Numbered from the stretch's first letter, positions 1 to 11,917 are shown. The stretch: DNA of 64,000 nt from an uncultured Alphaproteobacteria bacterium (GCA_963737875.1 CAVTUM010000002.1:56847-120846), one strand, 5' to 3'. The notes: generated by a model not told the origin, from the letters alone. Program-made: numbers and translations.

Positions 1-848
1 CCCGCGCGCCAGGTCGGCATCGCGGCGATCTCGCGCCACGCCGGGTCGTCGCCCGGCTCGACCCAGTAGTTCAGGATGTAGCCGAGATCGGCGAGCGGGT
101 CGCCCTGGGTGCACATATCCCAATCGAGCACCGCCGCGATCCTGGCGGGATCGGCGGTGTCGAGCAGGCAGTTGTCGAGCCGGTAATCGTTGTGCAATAG
201 CGCCGCCGCGCCCGATCGCGGCAGATGCGCCGCGAGCCAGTCGAGCACCGGCGCCATCGTGGCGGCCGAGCGCTCCGCCGCTTCGCCGCCCCGCGATGCG
301 TGCCAGCGCTTCGTCCAGCCGGAGAGCTGGCGCTCCATAAACCCTTCGGGCCGGCCGAGATCATCGAGACCGACATCGGCCGGCGGCACCAGATGCAGGT
401 CGGCAAGCGCATCGATCAGTGCCTCACCGATGCGGCGGTTGAGATCGGGCCGGCCGGCGAATTCGGCCGGGATATCGTCGCGGATGACAAACCCATGCCG
501 CCGCTCCTCGACGATGAACACCGCGCCGAGAATGCTTTCGTCTTCGCACAACAGCAGGCTGCGCGGCGCCAGCGCGAACTGTCGATAGAGGCGCGATAGC
601 ACCCGGTGCTCGCGCCGCATGTCATGCGCGCCCGGCGGGATGGGGCCGAGCGGCGGCCGGCGCAGAACAAACTCGCGGTCTCCAAACCTGAGCAGATAGG
701 TCAGGTTAGCCTTGCCGCCGTGAAACTGGCCTACCGAAAGAGGTCCCTCGGCGCCAGCAAGATTGGCGCGCAGATACGGCTCCAGCCGTGCGGCGTCGAC
801 ACGCTCATCGGGCCGCTCCGCGATCAGTTCGGCCGCTTCGAGGTTCAT
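1..848 (-). CDS. Phosphotransferase family protein (APH/choline-kinase-like), 3-prime end beyond window start
   Basis: Manual minus-strand translation from ATG (complement of 846-848): MNLEAAELIAERPDERVDAARLEPYLRANLAGAEGPLSVGQFHGGKANLTYLL...HNDYRLDNCLLD...LDWDMCTQGDP; typical Brenner/APH motifs (HNDxxxxN, DWD). Not in ORF track because it runs off the edge. Confidence 0.8.
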   Translation of the reverse strand, partial: MNLEAAELIAERPDERVDAARLEPYLRANLAGAEGPLSVGQFHGGKANLTYLLRFGDREFVLRRPPLGPIPPGAHDMRREHRVLSRLYRQFALAPRSLLLCEDESILGAVFIVEERRHGFVIRDDIPAEFAGRPDLNRRIGEALIDALADLHLVPPADVGLDDLGRPEGFMERQLSGWTKRWHASRGGEAAERSAATMAPVLDWLAAHLPRSGAAALLHNDYRLDNCLLDTADPARIAAVLDWDMCTQGDPLADLGYILNYWVEPGDDPAWREIAAMPTWRA

Positions 849-859
849 CCGCCGCGTCC

Positions 860-2062
860 CTACTTCCGCAATTCCACCCGCGCGACCGCCCGGCGGTGCA
901 CTTCGTCCGGCCCATCGACCAGCCGCATGATCCGCGAGCGGGCCCAGGCATAGGCGAGGCCGAAATCCTGGCTGACGCCGGCGCCGCCATGCGCCTGGAT
1001 GGCGCGATCGATCACCGCCAGCAGCATCTTTGGCGCCACCACCTTGATCATCGCGATCTCGGCCTGCGCCCCCTTGTTGCCGACCGTGTCCATCATGTAG
1101 GCGGCCTTGAGGGTCAAGAGGCGCGACTGCTCGATCTCCATCCGCGAGTTGGCGATCCATTCGCGGATCACCCCCTGATCAGCGAGCGGCCGGCCGAAGG
1201 CGACGCGGCTTTTGACGCGGGCCACCATCGCCTCGAGCGAGCGCTCGGCGAGGCCGATCATCCGCATGCAATGGTGGATGCGCCCCGGCCCGAGCCGCCC
1301 CTGCGCGATCTCGAAGCCGCGCCCTTCGCCGAGCAGAATGTTCTCGATCGGCACCCGCACATCCTTGAAATCGACTTCGGCGTGGCCGTGCGGCGCGTCG
1401 TCATAGCCGAACACGGTCAAGGGCCGCATGACCGTGACGCCCGGTGTGTCGCGCGGCACCAGGATCATCGATTGCTGCTGATGGCGCGGCGCATCCGGGT
1501 CGGTCTTGCCCATCAGGATGAAAATTTTGCAGCGCGGGTCCATCGCGCCCGAGGTCCACCATTTGCGGGCGTTGATCACATAGCTGCTGTTGCCCTCGCG
1601 GGTGATGCGCGCCTCGATATTGGTGGCGTCGGACGAGGCGACGGCCGGCTCGGTCATCGCGAAGGACGAACGGATTTCGCCCGCCAGCAGCGGCTTCAGC
1701 CACTGTTCCTGCTGCGCCGGCGTTGCGTAGCGCACCAGCGTTTCCATGTTGCCGGTGTCGGGCGCCGAGCAGTTGAACACCTCTGGCGCGATCGGTGACC
1801 GCCCCATGATCTCGCACAGCGGCGCATATTCGAGGTTGGTCAGCCCGGCCCCCATCTCGGATTCCGGCAGAAACAGGTTCCACAGCCCGGCAGCGCGGGC
1901 CTTGGCCTTCAATTCCTCCATGATCGGCGGGATCTGCCAGCGGGTCGGCGCCTCGGCAAGCTGCCGCTCAAACACCTTCTCGGCGGGGTAGATATGCTCG
2001 TCCATGAACGCGCGAACCCGAGCCGAAACCTGCTTCACCTTGTCCGAAGGTTCGAAATCCAT
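860..2062 (-). CDS. Acyl-CoA dehydrogenase family protein
   Basis: 400-aa ORF; ACAD-like N-terminal, middle and C-terminal regions (…[11 protein letters not shown]…[15 protein letters not shown]…[14 protein letters not shown]). Gene pair with upstream phosphotransferase is a common arrangement. Confidence 0.9.
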   Translation of the reverse strand: MDFEPSDKVKQVSARVRAFMDEHIYPAEKVFERQLAEAPTRWQIPPIMEELKAKARAAGLWNLFLPESEMGAGLTNLEYAPLCEIMGRSPIAPEVFNCSAPDTGNMETLVRYATPAQQEQWLKPLLAGEIRSSFAMTEPAVASSDATNIEARITREGNSSYVINARKWWTSGAMDPRCKIFILMGKTDPDAPRHQQQSMILVPRDTPGVTVMRPLTVFGYDDAPHGHAEVDFKDVRVPIENILLGEGRGFEIAQGRLGPGRIHHCMRMIGLAERSLEAMVARVKSRVAFGRPLADQGVIREWIANSRMEIEQSRLLTLKAAYMMDTVGNKGAQAEIAMIKVVAPKMLLAVIDRAIQAHGGAGVSQDFGLAYAWARSRIMRLVDGPDEVHRRAVARVELRK

Positions 2063-2217
2063 CCCGCTTCCCCCATCGCTCTACGACCCGCGGTGCGCAG
2101 GGTAGTGCAGCGAATGCGACCGCTGCTAGAGGTCACATAATCGTTCCGATCATCGAAAGTTGACACCCATAACCGCCAAAGGGCCGGCATTTGCCGGCCA
2201 ATAGGGATACCAAAGGC

Positions 2218-2463
2218 ATGATCGAACGCGTGGGAGTTGCTGAGGCGAGAAAGCGCTTCGGGGTGTTGCTCGACCGAGTCACGAGCGGAGAGACGGTCGA
2301 GATTACGCGGCGCGGTAGACCCGTCGCCCGGCTCATTCCGGTGCAGCCGGCCTTCGATAGCGAAAAAGCTCGCCGCGCAGCTGAATCGATTATTGAAAAC
2401 GCCAAGGGCGTCACACTCGGCGGCCTCAAGATCAAAGACCTGATCAATGAGGGGCGACGATAA
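2218..2463 (+). CDS. Type II TA system Phd/YefM-family antitoxin (orphan, no toxin gene downstream)
   Basis: MIERVGVAEARKRFGVLLDRVTSGETVEITRRGRPVARLIPVQ is the canonical Phd/YefM/VapB N-terminal fold signature; alternative start at 2191. Next gene is a convergent oxidoreductase, so no cognate toxin ORF. Confidence 0.7.
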   Translation: MIERVGVAEARKRFGVLLDRVTSGETVEITRRGRPVARLIPVQPAFDSEKARRAAESIIENAKGVTLGGLKIKDLINEGRR

Positions 2464-2481
2464 GATACTCAGCTGCATCCC

Positions 2482-3501
2482 TTAGCGAGTTCTATCCTCG
2501 CTGAGCCGGATCAGCAACTTCCCAAAATTGCGGCCCTGCAACAGGCCGATAAAGGCGTCGGGCGCGTTGTCGATCCCGTCAACGATGTCTTCGCGGTATT
2601 TGAGGTGCCCGGCGCGGACCAGCGGCGCGACCATGGCGCGGAATTCGGCGTAGCGGTGGCGCTGGTCGCTGACGATGAAGCCCTGGATTTTGAGGCGCTT
2701 GCGGACGACCGAGGCGAGGTTGGGGCCGGCGCGCGGGGTGGTGTCGTTATACTCCGAGATCATGCCGCACATGATCATGCGGCCGAAATCATTGAAGCGC
2801 GGGAACACCGCCTGCTGCACCGCGCCGCCGACATTCTCGAAATACACGTCGATGCCTTTGGGGCAGGCGGCATCCAGCGCCGCGGCGAGATCGGGGCCGC
2901 GATGGTCGAGCGCCGCGTCGAAGCCGAGTTCGTCTTTGACATAAGCACATTTGTCGGCACCACCGGCGATCCCGATGACGCGCGCGCCAGCCCGCTTCGC
3001 CAATTGCCCCGCCACCGCGCCGACCGCGCCGGAGGCGGCTGACACGACGACCGTCTCGCCCGCTTTCGGCTGCCCGATATCGGCGAGGCCGATATAGGCG
3101 GTCATCCCCGGCATGCCGAGCACCCCCAGCGCCGTCGAGATCGGCGCCTCGGCCGGGTCGAGCTTCAACAGCCCGACAGCCGGCACGGCGCTGTAAAGCT
3201 GCCAGCCGTAACCGCCGAACGCATATTCGCCTTCGCGGAAGCCAGGGTCGCGCGACCGCACCACCTGACCCACCACGCGGCCTTCTATGACATCGCCGAT
3301 CTCGACCGGCTTCGCATAGCTGCGCACGCCGCTGATCCGGCCGCGCATATAGGGGTCGAGCGACAGATAGATACCGCGCAGCAGCACCTCGCCCTCACCC
3401 GGTTCGGGCAAGGGCGCATCGACAACGTCAAAATCCGCGGGCACCGGCATGCCGTTCGGCCGCCGCTTCAACAGAACCTGCCGGTTGTGTTCGGCCATCA
3501 C
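2482..3501 (-). CDS. NADP-dependent oxidoreductase (MDR/zinc-ADH superfamily, YncB/CurA-like)
   Basis: 339 aa; GIYLSLDPYMRGR..., AASGAVGAVAGQLAKRAGARVIGIAGG Rossmann motif, C-terminal FGKLLIRL typical of this family. Confidence 0.9.
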   Translation of the reverse strand: MMAEHNRQVLLKRRPNGMPVPADFDVVDAPLPEPGEGEVLLRGIYLSLDPYMRGRISGVRSYAKPVEIGDVIEGRVVGQVVRSRDPGFREGEYAFGGYGWQLYSAVPAVGLLKLDPAEAPISTALGVLGMPGMTAYIGLADIGQPKAGETVVVSAASGAVGAVAGQLAKRAGARVIGIAGGADKCAYVKDELGFDAALDHRGPDLAAALDAACPKGIDVYFENVGGAVQQAVFPRFNDFGRMIMCGMISEYNDTTPRAGPNLASVVRKRLKIQGFIVSDQRHRYAEFRAMVAPLVRAGHLKYREDIVDGIDNAPDAFIGLLQGRNFGKLLIRLSEDRTR

Positions 3502-3509
3502 GCGCTCCT

Positions 3510-6422
3510 TCAGGAATGCTCGCTCCGGGCGAGCGGGCGCTGGGTCAGTGGGCCTGATCCCAACTGGTGGCCCAGCCGGTTTCGACGACGAGCGGCACCG
3601 ACAACTCGCAATGTGGCGCGCAGGCGGCCTCCATCACCTCTTTGACCAGAGCGGCGGTGGCCTCGATTTCGCCCTCCGGGAGTCTCGAACAGCAATTCGT
3701 CGTGCACTTGCAGCAGCATGCGCGCCTGCAGCCCGGCGCGGCGGAGGGCAGCAGGCAGGCGGCCCATCGCTCGCTTGATGATGTCGGCGGCGGAACCTTG
3801 TAAGGGCGCGTTGATCGCCTGGCGCTCGGCGCCGGCGCGCCGCGCCGGGTTGGCCTCACGGATGCCGGGAATAAAGCATTTGCGTCCGAAAATCGTCTCG
3901 ACATAGCCGGTGCGACGCGCGTCGGTCTTGATCCGCTCCATATAGGCGCGGATGCCGGGGAAACGCTCGAAATAGGCCTTGATGTAGGCGGCCGCCTCGC
4001 TTTGCGGCACGCCGATCTGGTTGCCGAGACCGAACGCGCTGATGCCGTAAAGGATGCCGAAATTGATCGCCTTGGCACGCCGCCGGGTCAGCGCATCCAT
4101 CTGGTCGAGCGGCACGTTGAAGACTTCGCTGGCGGTCGCGGCGTGAATGTCGTGTCCGGCGAGAAACGCCTCCTTCAGCGCCGGAATATCCGCGACATGC
4201 GCCGCGAGGCGCAGTTCGATCTGGCTGTAATCCGCCGACAGCAGCAGGTTTCCCGGCTCGGCGACAAAGGCGCGGCGGATTTTGCGGCCCTCCTCGGTGC
4301 GCACCGGGATGTTCTGCACGTTGGGATCGGTCGAGGAAAACCGGCCGGTCGTCGTCGCGGTCAGCACAAAAGTCGTATGCACCCGGCCGTCATGGCTGTC
4401 GATCTGGCCGCCGAGCGCGTCGGCATAGGTCGATTTGAGCTTGGTCAGCTGGCGCCATTCCAGCACCTGGGCCGGCACCGGATGCAGCGGGCTCAATTGT
4501 TCGAGGATCGAGGCATCGGTGCCATAGGCGCCGGTCTTGCCCTTTTTGCCGCCGGGCAGTTGCAATTTCTCGAACAGCACGTCGCCCAGCTGCTTTGGCG
4601 ACCCGATGTTGAATTCGCTTCCGACATCGCGCCAGATTCCGGTTTCCAGCTCGGCGATACGGCGTGCGAAATCGCGCGACAATTCGGCGAGCGCATCGCG
4701 ATCGACCTTGACGCCGTGGTCTTCCATCTCGGCGACGGCCGGCACCAGCGGGCGCTCGATGGTCTCGTAGAATGCGGTCATGCGCTCGCGCACCAGCCGC
4801 GCCTTTAGCAGCATGTGCAGGCGCAACGCGGCATCGGCCCGCTCGGCGGCGAAATCGCGCCCCGTCGTGGTCGCGACCTCGGCGAACGCGATCAGGCTTT
4901 TGCCGGTGCCGAGGATTTCCTTCACCGGCGTCAGATTGTGCTCGAAGGCAAGCCGGGTCAGTTCCTCGATCGAATGCTCGATCTGCCCGCCATCGAGCAC
5001 ATACGACATCAGCATCGTGCAGTCATAGGGGCGCAGCGCGATGCCGTGGCGGCGCAGCAGATGCGCCATGCCTTTCATGTCGTGGCCAATCTTCAGAACG
5101 CCGCGGTCTTCGAGCAATGGCTTGAGGCGCGCCAGCGCCACTTCCGGCGTCAGCGTGCGGACGGTTTCAGCCGCTTCAAGCAGCCCCGCCGCGCGATGCC
5201 CGAGCGGTACATAAGCCGCGAACCCCGGCGCCAGGGCCAGCGCCAGCCCGGCAAGCGCCGGCCGCGTCCCGGCGACGACACTCGACGCCACCCACAGCGC
5301 CACCGACCCGGCCTGTTCGGCCGCCTCGATCCAATGGTCGAGACCTTCGACCGTATCAACCACCGCGTAGGTCCGGGGCTCGGAGAACCGCGGGATATCC
5401 GGAATAATCGGCTCGCTCGGCCCTACGGGAGCCGACGAAGTCAACGGTACGCTGATCGCCAGCCGCTTTTCGATGCGCGAGCGCAGCGCCCGCAACTCCA
5501 TCTCATCGAGAAACGGAAACAGCTTTTCGGGATCGTAAGGCTGCACGCGCAGCGCCGAGAGCGGGCACGGCAAGGGCACAGCGTCGTCGAGCTTGACCAG
5601 CACCTTCGACATCCGCGCCTTGGCCGCGTTGTCTATCAGTGCCTCACGGCGCTTCGGCTGCTTGATCTCGTTCGCGCGCGCCAGCAGCGACTCCAGGTCG
5701 CCATAGGTGTTGATCAGTTCGGCCGCCGTCTTGACGCCGATGCCGGGTACACCGGGCACGTTATCGGTGCTGTCGCCGCACAGCGCCTGCACTTCGATGA
5801 CCTTGTCCGGCCCGACACCGAATTTCTCGCGGACTTCGGCCTCGCCGATCGGCCGGTCGGTCATCGGGTCGCGCATCATCACCCGGTCGTCGGCGACGAG
5901 CTGCATCATGTCCTTGTCGGACGAGAGGATCGTCACCTTGGCGCCGGCCTCGATCGCGTGGCGCGTGTAGGTCGCGATCAGATCGTCGGCCTCGAAATTT
6001 CGCATTTCGATTTGGCAGACGCCGAACGCCTCGGCTGCCCGGCGCACATGCTCGAGCTGCGGCGCGAGATCGTCGGGCATTTCGCGCCGGTTGGCCTTGT
6101 ACTGGTCGTAGATTTCGTTGCGGAAGCTGTGCCCGGAGGCGTCGAAAATGACCGCGATATGGTCGGCGTCGGTCTCGCGCAGGTATTTGTCCAGCATGTT
6201 GCTGAAAATCATCACGACTTCGGTCGCCATCCCGTCCGATTTGCGCTGAAAGCGCTCGGCCTTGGGGTCGCGCGCCCGCGCGAAATAGGCACGGAAGATG
6301 AAGCCGGAGCCGTCGATCAGGAATACATGATGCGGCACCGCGGACGGCGGCGGCGCGGCCGACTCAGCGCTCGAATCCGGGGCGGGGCGCTCGGCGACGA
6401 TCGGGGCGATCGCATCATCCAT
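3510..6422 (-). CDS. polA: DNA polymerase I; C-terminal ~45 codons out of frame (single +1 nt near 3680)
   Basis: 970-aa ORF with 5-3 exonuclease (HVFLIDGSGFIFRAYFA), 3-5 exo and polymerase domains up to motif C (QVHDELLFE). The conserved C-terminus PEGEIEATAALVKEVMEAA...VPLVVETGWATSWDQAH is found in another frame (ORF 3545..4078). Confidence 0.9.
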   Translation of the reverse strand: MDDAIAPIVAERPAPDSSAESAAPPPSAVPHHVFLIDGSGFIFRAYFARARDPKAERFQRKSDGMATEVVMIFSNMLDKYLRETDADHIAVIFDASGHSFRNEIYDQYKANRREMPDDLAPQLEHVRRAAEAFGVCQIEMRNFEADDLIATYTRHAIEAGAKVTILSSDKDMMQLVADDRVMMRDPMTDRPIGEAEVREKFGVGPDKVIEVQALCGDSTDNVPGVPGIGVKTAAELINTYGDLESLLARANEIKQPKRREALIDNAAKARMSKVLVKLDDAVPLPCPLSALRVQPYDPEKLFPFLDEMELRALRSRIEKRLAISVPLTSSAPVGPSEPIIPDIPRFSEPRTYAVVDTVEGLDHWIEAAEQAGSVALWVASSVVAGTRPALAGLALALAPGFAAYVPLGHRAAGLLEAAETVRTLTPEVALARLKPLLEDRGVLKIGHDMKGMAHLLRRHGIALRPYDCTMLMSYVLDGGQIEHSIEELTRLAFEHNLTPVKEILGTGKSLIAFAEVATTTGRDFAAERADAALRLHMLLKARLVRERMTAFYETIERPLVPAVAEMEDHGVKVDRDALAELSRDFARRIAELETGIWRDVGSEFNIGSPKQLGDVLFEKLQLPGGKKGKTGAYGTDASILEQLSPLHPVPAQVLEWRQLTKLKSTYADALGGQIDSHDGRVHTTFVLTATTTGRFSSTDPNVQNIPVRTEEGRKIRRAFVAEPGNLLLSADYSQIELRLAAHVADIPALKEAFLAGHDIHAATASEVFNVPLDQMDALTRRRAKAINFGILYGISAFGLGNQIGVPQSEAAAYIKAYFERFPGIRAYMERIKTDARRTGYVETIFGRKCFIPGIREANPARRAGAERQAINAPLQGSAADIIKRAMGRLPAALRRAGLQARMLLQVHDELLFETPGGRNRGHRRSGQRGDGGRLRATLRVVGAARRRNRLGHQLGSGPLTQRPLARSEHS

Positions 6423-6633
6423 GGGCGGCTCCTTCTTCCGCGCCGGCCGCGGCGCCGGCTGTGTCGGCCGAATGCGCCCCCGCGCGGTTGACGAACAGGC
6501 GCGAGCAATACGGGCATTCGACCTGCCCGCTCGGCGCCAGGTTCAAATAAACCCGGGGATGGCCCATCGGGCCGCCACCGCCATTGCAGGCCGCCACCAT
6601 CTGATCGATCTCGATGGTCTCGAAAGGTGTCAT
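6415..6633 (-). CDS. Zinc-finger (zf-CHCC-like) domain protein
   Basis: MTPFETIEIDQMVAACNGGGGPMGHPRVYLNLAPSGQVECPYCSRLFVNR; small conserved alphaproteobacterial Zn-ribbon protein. Start chosen at internal Met (6631-6633) of longer ORF. Confidence 0.55.
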   Translation of the reverse strand: MTPFETIEIDQMVAACNGGGGPMGHPRVYLNLAPSGQVECPYCSRLFVNRAGAHSADTAGAAAGAEEGAAHG

Positions 6634-6726
6634 TTTGCGTCCGGAGCTTGGCGTTGGCGCGGCGGAACGGCCGCCAGCCGGTTGACCGTAAAGTCGGCCG
6701 AATGATACCCGTTGCGGCAGGACAAT

Positions 6727-7805
6727 CAATGATCCCTTCCGCCGCTTCCGTCCTCCGCAATCGGGTTTCGTGGCAGCGCGCGGCGGTGTTGCTGCTGATG
6801 TTGTGGGCCTGCCTCGCACCGGCAATAGTCGCGCCGGCAATGGCGGCGCAGCCGGCACCGGCGCATTTCACCGACAGCGCCTTTATCGCCGGGGACGGCG
6901 CGGCATTACCGCTGCGCAAATGGCTGCCGCAAGGCGGTGTCCGGGCGGTGATCCTCGCACTGCACGGGTTCAACGACTACAGCGCCGCCTTTAACGCGCC
7001 CGCCCTCGGCTGGGCGGCGCAGGGCATCGCCACCTACGCTTACGACCAGCGCGGGTTTGGCGCCGCGCCGGATCGCGGCCTGTGGGTGGGTGACGGCCAA
7101 CTGGCGGTCGATGCGATCACCGCCACCCGCATCCTGCGGCTGACCTACCCCGGAAAGCCGGTCTATCTGCTCGGCGAAAGCATGGGGGGCGCCGTCGCGA
7201 TCCTCGCCGCGACGGGCGCGATCGATGGCCTGACGACGATGCCCGGCGGCCCGCCGACCGCCGCGGTCGATGGCGTCATCCTCAGCGCGCCGGCGGTGTG
7301 GGGCCGGCTGACGATGGATTTGCTGCCGCGTCTCGCGCTGTTCGCGGCGGTGCGCCTGATCCCCGCCGAGGTGCTGACCGGCCGCGGCGTCGTGCGCGTC
7401 CAGGCTTCCGACAATCTGCCGATGTTGCGCGCTCTCGGACGCGACCCGCTGATCATCAAGGGGGCGCGGGTCGACACGCTGTTCGGGCTGGTCAACCTGA
7501 TGGATGACGCGCTCGCCGCTGCGCCTTTGCTGACCCGCCCGACCCTGCTGCTGTACGGCGCGCATGACGAGGTCATGCCGCGGCCGGCCCTCGCAGCCTT
7601 CGTCGCGCGTCTGCCGCCTGACCCCGCCCGGGTTCGCCGCCTCGCCTTCTATCGCCAGGGATATCACATGCTGCTGCGCGACCTCGACGCCGCGATCGTC
7701 GTCAGCGATGTCGCGAACTGGGTGCTCGACCGCCGCGCTCCCCTGCCCTCGGCCGCCGACGCTGCGGCAACCACCCTTCCCTGGCCGCCGCGCCCTGCTT
7801 CTTGA
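6727..7805 (+). CDS. Alpha/beta hydrolase (lysophospholipase/monoacylglycerol-lipase-like), secreted
   Basis: Signal peptide MIPSAASVLRNRVSWQRAAVLLLMLWACLAPAIVAPAMAA; HGFNDY, nucleophile elbow GESMGGAV, LLLYGAHDEV. Confidence 0.8.
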
Positions 7806-7917
7806 GCAAGGTTTTGGCCAGCCGGCCGACCGCGCCCGCCTTGCTCCGGGGGCGGGGCTCTTCTACGATCGCGCGGGCGGCTGCGGGACAGCGGCCGTGC
7901 CCGAGGAGGAGGTTCCG

Positions 7918-8334
7918 ATGCCAGATGACGTAGCCTTGCGCCCGACAATGACGGTCGGCCATGCCAGCCTGAAGAACCCGAAGATGGTCGGCGGCCGCCG
8001 CGACTTCTTCACCTATCGCGACCTCGCCGTCAAAGACGCCAGCAACGGCGCGATGCGTGCCCAGGTGATGAAGGCGATCACCGGTATGACCTCGCCGACC
8101 GGCTGGCACTACCACACCTGCGACGGTCAGTTCGTGTATGCGCTGAAGGGCTGGGTCGAACTTGAATTCGAGACCGGCGAGACCTTGCGCCTCGAACCCG
8201 GCGATTCGGTGTTCATCCCGGGCGGCATGCCGCACAACGAATTGCGCACCTCCGACGACGTCGAAATCCTCGAAGTGTCGGTGCCGGGCGAACTCGGCAC
8301 GGTGCCCTGCGACCCGCCAGCCGCGCGCGCCTGA
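7918..8334 (+). CDS. Cupin domain protein
   Basis: 138 aa; HYHTCDGQFVYALKGWVELEFETGETLRLEPGDSVFIPGGMPHNE is a cupin metal-binding motif pair; good SD (aggagg) upstream of ATG 7918. Confidence 0.75.
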   Translation: MPDDVALRPTMTVGHASLKNPKMVGGRRDFFTYRDLAVKDASNGAMRAQVMKAITGMTSPTGWHYHTCDGQFVYALKGWVELEFETGETLRLEPGDSVFIPGGMPHNELRTSDDVEILEVSVPGELGTVPCDPPAARA

Positions 8335-8478
8335 CCCACGCATAACGGTGAGCTACGGCCGCCGCCTGCACGCCGCGGCGGCCGGGTTTTTGCACGCGGT
8401 CGCCGGCTGGCTGGTGCTCGCGGCGTTTCGCGTGGCACAGCGGCCGGCACGTCGTGCAGTGGGAGTGAAGGAGCGTCG

Positions 8479-9507
8479 ATGAGCATTACAGCGGTTCGAC
8501 AGGCCGAGATCACCCATCCGGCCGCCGGGCGTATTCCGGTGCTGGATATCGGCCCGTTTCTCGCCGGCGAGCCCGGCGCCGCCGCGCCGCTGGCACGCGC
8601 CATCGCCCATACCTGCGAGGATACCGGTTTCCTCGTCGTCGCCAATCACGGCGTGCCGCAGCCGCTGCCCGAGGCGGTGTTCGACGTGGCGGCAAAATTT
8701 TTCGCGCGGGCCGAAGACGAAAAGCTGCCGCACAAGATCGGCGATCTGAATATCGGCTATTTGCCGTTTGGCGGGCAGACGGTGCGCCATTCGCCGGTCA
8801 ACCAGAACACCAAGCCCAATTTCAGCGAGAGCTTCTACATTACCCGCGACCGCGCACCGGACCACCCCGACATCGTCGGCAAAAAGCGGCTGATCGGCCT
8901 CAACCGCTGGCCTACCGACCTGCCCGAGTTCCGCGCCGCGACGACGGCTTATTACGCCGCGATGGAGGCGATGACGACGCGCCTCGTGCCGGTGTTCGCG
9001 ATGGCGCTCGGCCTGCCGGCGGATTATTTCGCCGAAGCCTTCACCGAACCCAACTGCACGATCCGGCTGATCCATTACCCGCCGCAGACCGATCCCGGCG
9101 ACAACGAATTCGGCTTTGCGCCGCACACCGACAACAATTTCATCACCTTTCTCGCGCAATCCGCCCTGCCCGGCCTCGAAGTCCGCACCGCCGAGGGCGA
9201 ATGGATCCGCCCGCCGGCGGTGCCCGGCACCTTTGTCGTCAACACCGGCGCGATGCTGGCCCGCTATTCCAACGACCGCTTCCGCGCGACCCCGCACCGC
9301 GTCATCAACCGCAACGACCAGTCGCGCTACGCCATCCCGTTCTTCCTCGGCCCCAACCACGATGTCGTCGTCGCCCCGGTCCCGACCTGCACCGGCCCCG
9401 ACAACCCGCCCCGCTACGAACCCATCACCTACGGCGACTTCACCGAACACCTGCTAACCCTCAACTTCGCCCACCGCCGCGCCGGTGGGGACGGCGAATA
9501 CGCTTAA
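8479..9507 (+). CDS. 2OG-Fe(II) oxygenase (isopenicillin N synthase-like family)
   Basis: 342 aa; N-terminal DIOX_N-like region (IPVLDIGPFLAG...) and HxD...H facial triad context (APHTDNNFITFLAQ...FRATPHRV). Confidence 0.85.
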   Translation: MSITAVRQAEITHPAAGRIPVLDIGPFLAGEPGAAAPLARAIAHTCEDTGFLVVANHGVPQPLPEAVFDVAAKFFARAEDEKLPHKIGDLNIGYLPFGGQTVRHSPVNQNTKPNFSESFYITRDRAPDHPDIVGKKRLIGLNRWPTDLPEFRAATTAYYAAMEAMTTRLVPVFAMALGLPADYFAEAFTEPNCTIRLIHYPPQTDPGDNEFGFAPHTDNNFITFLAQSALPGLEVRTAEGEWIRPPAVPGTFVVNTGAMLARYSNDRFRATPHRVINRNDQSRYAIPFFLGPNHDVVVAPVPTCTGPDNPPRYEPITYGDFTEHLLTLNFAHRRAGGDGEYA

Positions 9508-9526
9508 CCGATACCAATCCGAACTG

Positions 9527-9657
9527 TCGTTGCGAGCCCACGGGTCGGCGCTTCGCGCCGCCCGGGGACAGGCTCCGCGAAGCAATCTCGTGCCGACGGA
9601 GCTTCCTCCGCTTGGGATTACTTCGTCGCTTCGCTCCTCGCAATGACTCGGGTGGGT
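9527..9657. repeat. Palindromic MITE/REP-like repeat, family 1 (GTCGTTGCGAG...GCGAAGCAATCTCG...CTCGCAATGAC)
   Basis: Nested inverted repeats; same family recurs at 11800-11880 and 23404-23492. Encodes the spurious peptide motifs HCEERSDEVI / SLRGAKRRSNP seen in shadow ORFs. Confidence 0.6.
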
Positions 9658-9734
9658 GCGGGGTTCGGTGGTCGTGTTGCACCGCACACCCGGCAGCTTG
9701 ACGGGAATGTGACAACCTGCCGATAATCGTGGCA

Positions 9735-9855
9735 TCCAAGGGGCGCCCCGGTGAAGGGGCTGAGAGACGCTGGGCTGCCGGTCTTTCCAAGTCGGGTGGC
9801 GCGCGGAAACCCTTTGAACCTGATCCGGGTCGTGCCGGCGTAGGGACAGGAATCG
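9735..9855 (+). promoter_or_regulatory. TPP (thiamine pyrophosphate) riboswitch, THI element
   Basis: GGGGCGCCC...GCUGAGAG...ACCCUUUGAACCUGAUCCGGGUCGUGCCGGCGUAGGGA matches the conserved THI-box core (CUGAGA, ACCYUUGAACCUGAUCYGGNUAAUGCCNGCGUAGGGA); located ~75 nt upstream of thiC. Confidence 0.85.
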
Positions 9856-9928
9856 CTTCGGCGAGCGCCGATCCCCCACATCGCGAGCGACCCGGGTCCT
9901 CGGTCCAACCGGTGCCACGGAGGCGTCC

Positions 9929-11793
<1,865 letters not shown>

Positions 11794-11799
11794 CCGCGA

Positions 11800-11880
11800 C
11801 GGTATTGCGAGGGGCGAAGCAATCTCGTGCCACGCCTCGTCCGTCGAGATTGTTCGACGCGCGGCTCCTCGCAATGACGG
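11800..11880. repeat. Palindromic repeat family 1, copy 2
   Basis: GTATTGCGAGGGGCGAAGCAATCTCGTGCC...GTCGAGATTG...CTCCTCGCAATGAC; immediately 3-prime of thiC. Confidence 0.6.
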
Positions 11881-11917
11881 TGGAAGGCATTGTTTTCCCT
11901 CTCCCGCACCGCGAGGG

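Noticed and set aside
788-1798. 336-aa plus-strand ORF
   Set aside because: Antisense to the well-supported acyl-CoA dehydrogenase gene; composition is shadow-like.
4815-6491. 558-aa plus-strand ORF overlapping polA
   Set aside because: Arg/Gly/Pro-rich antisense shadow ORF, typical of high-GC DNA; the region is fully explained by polA on the opposite strand.
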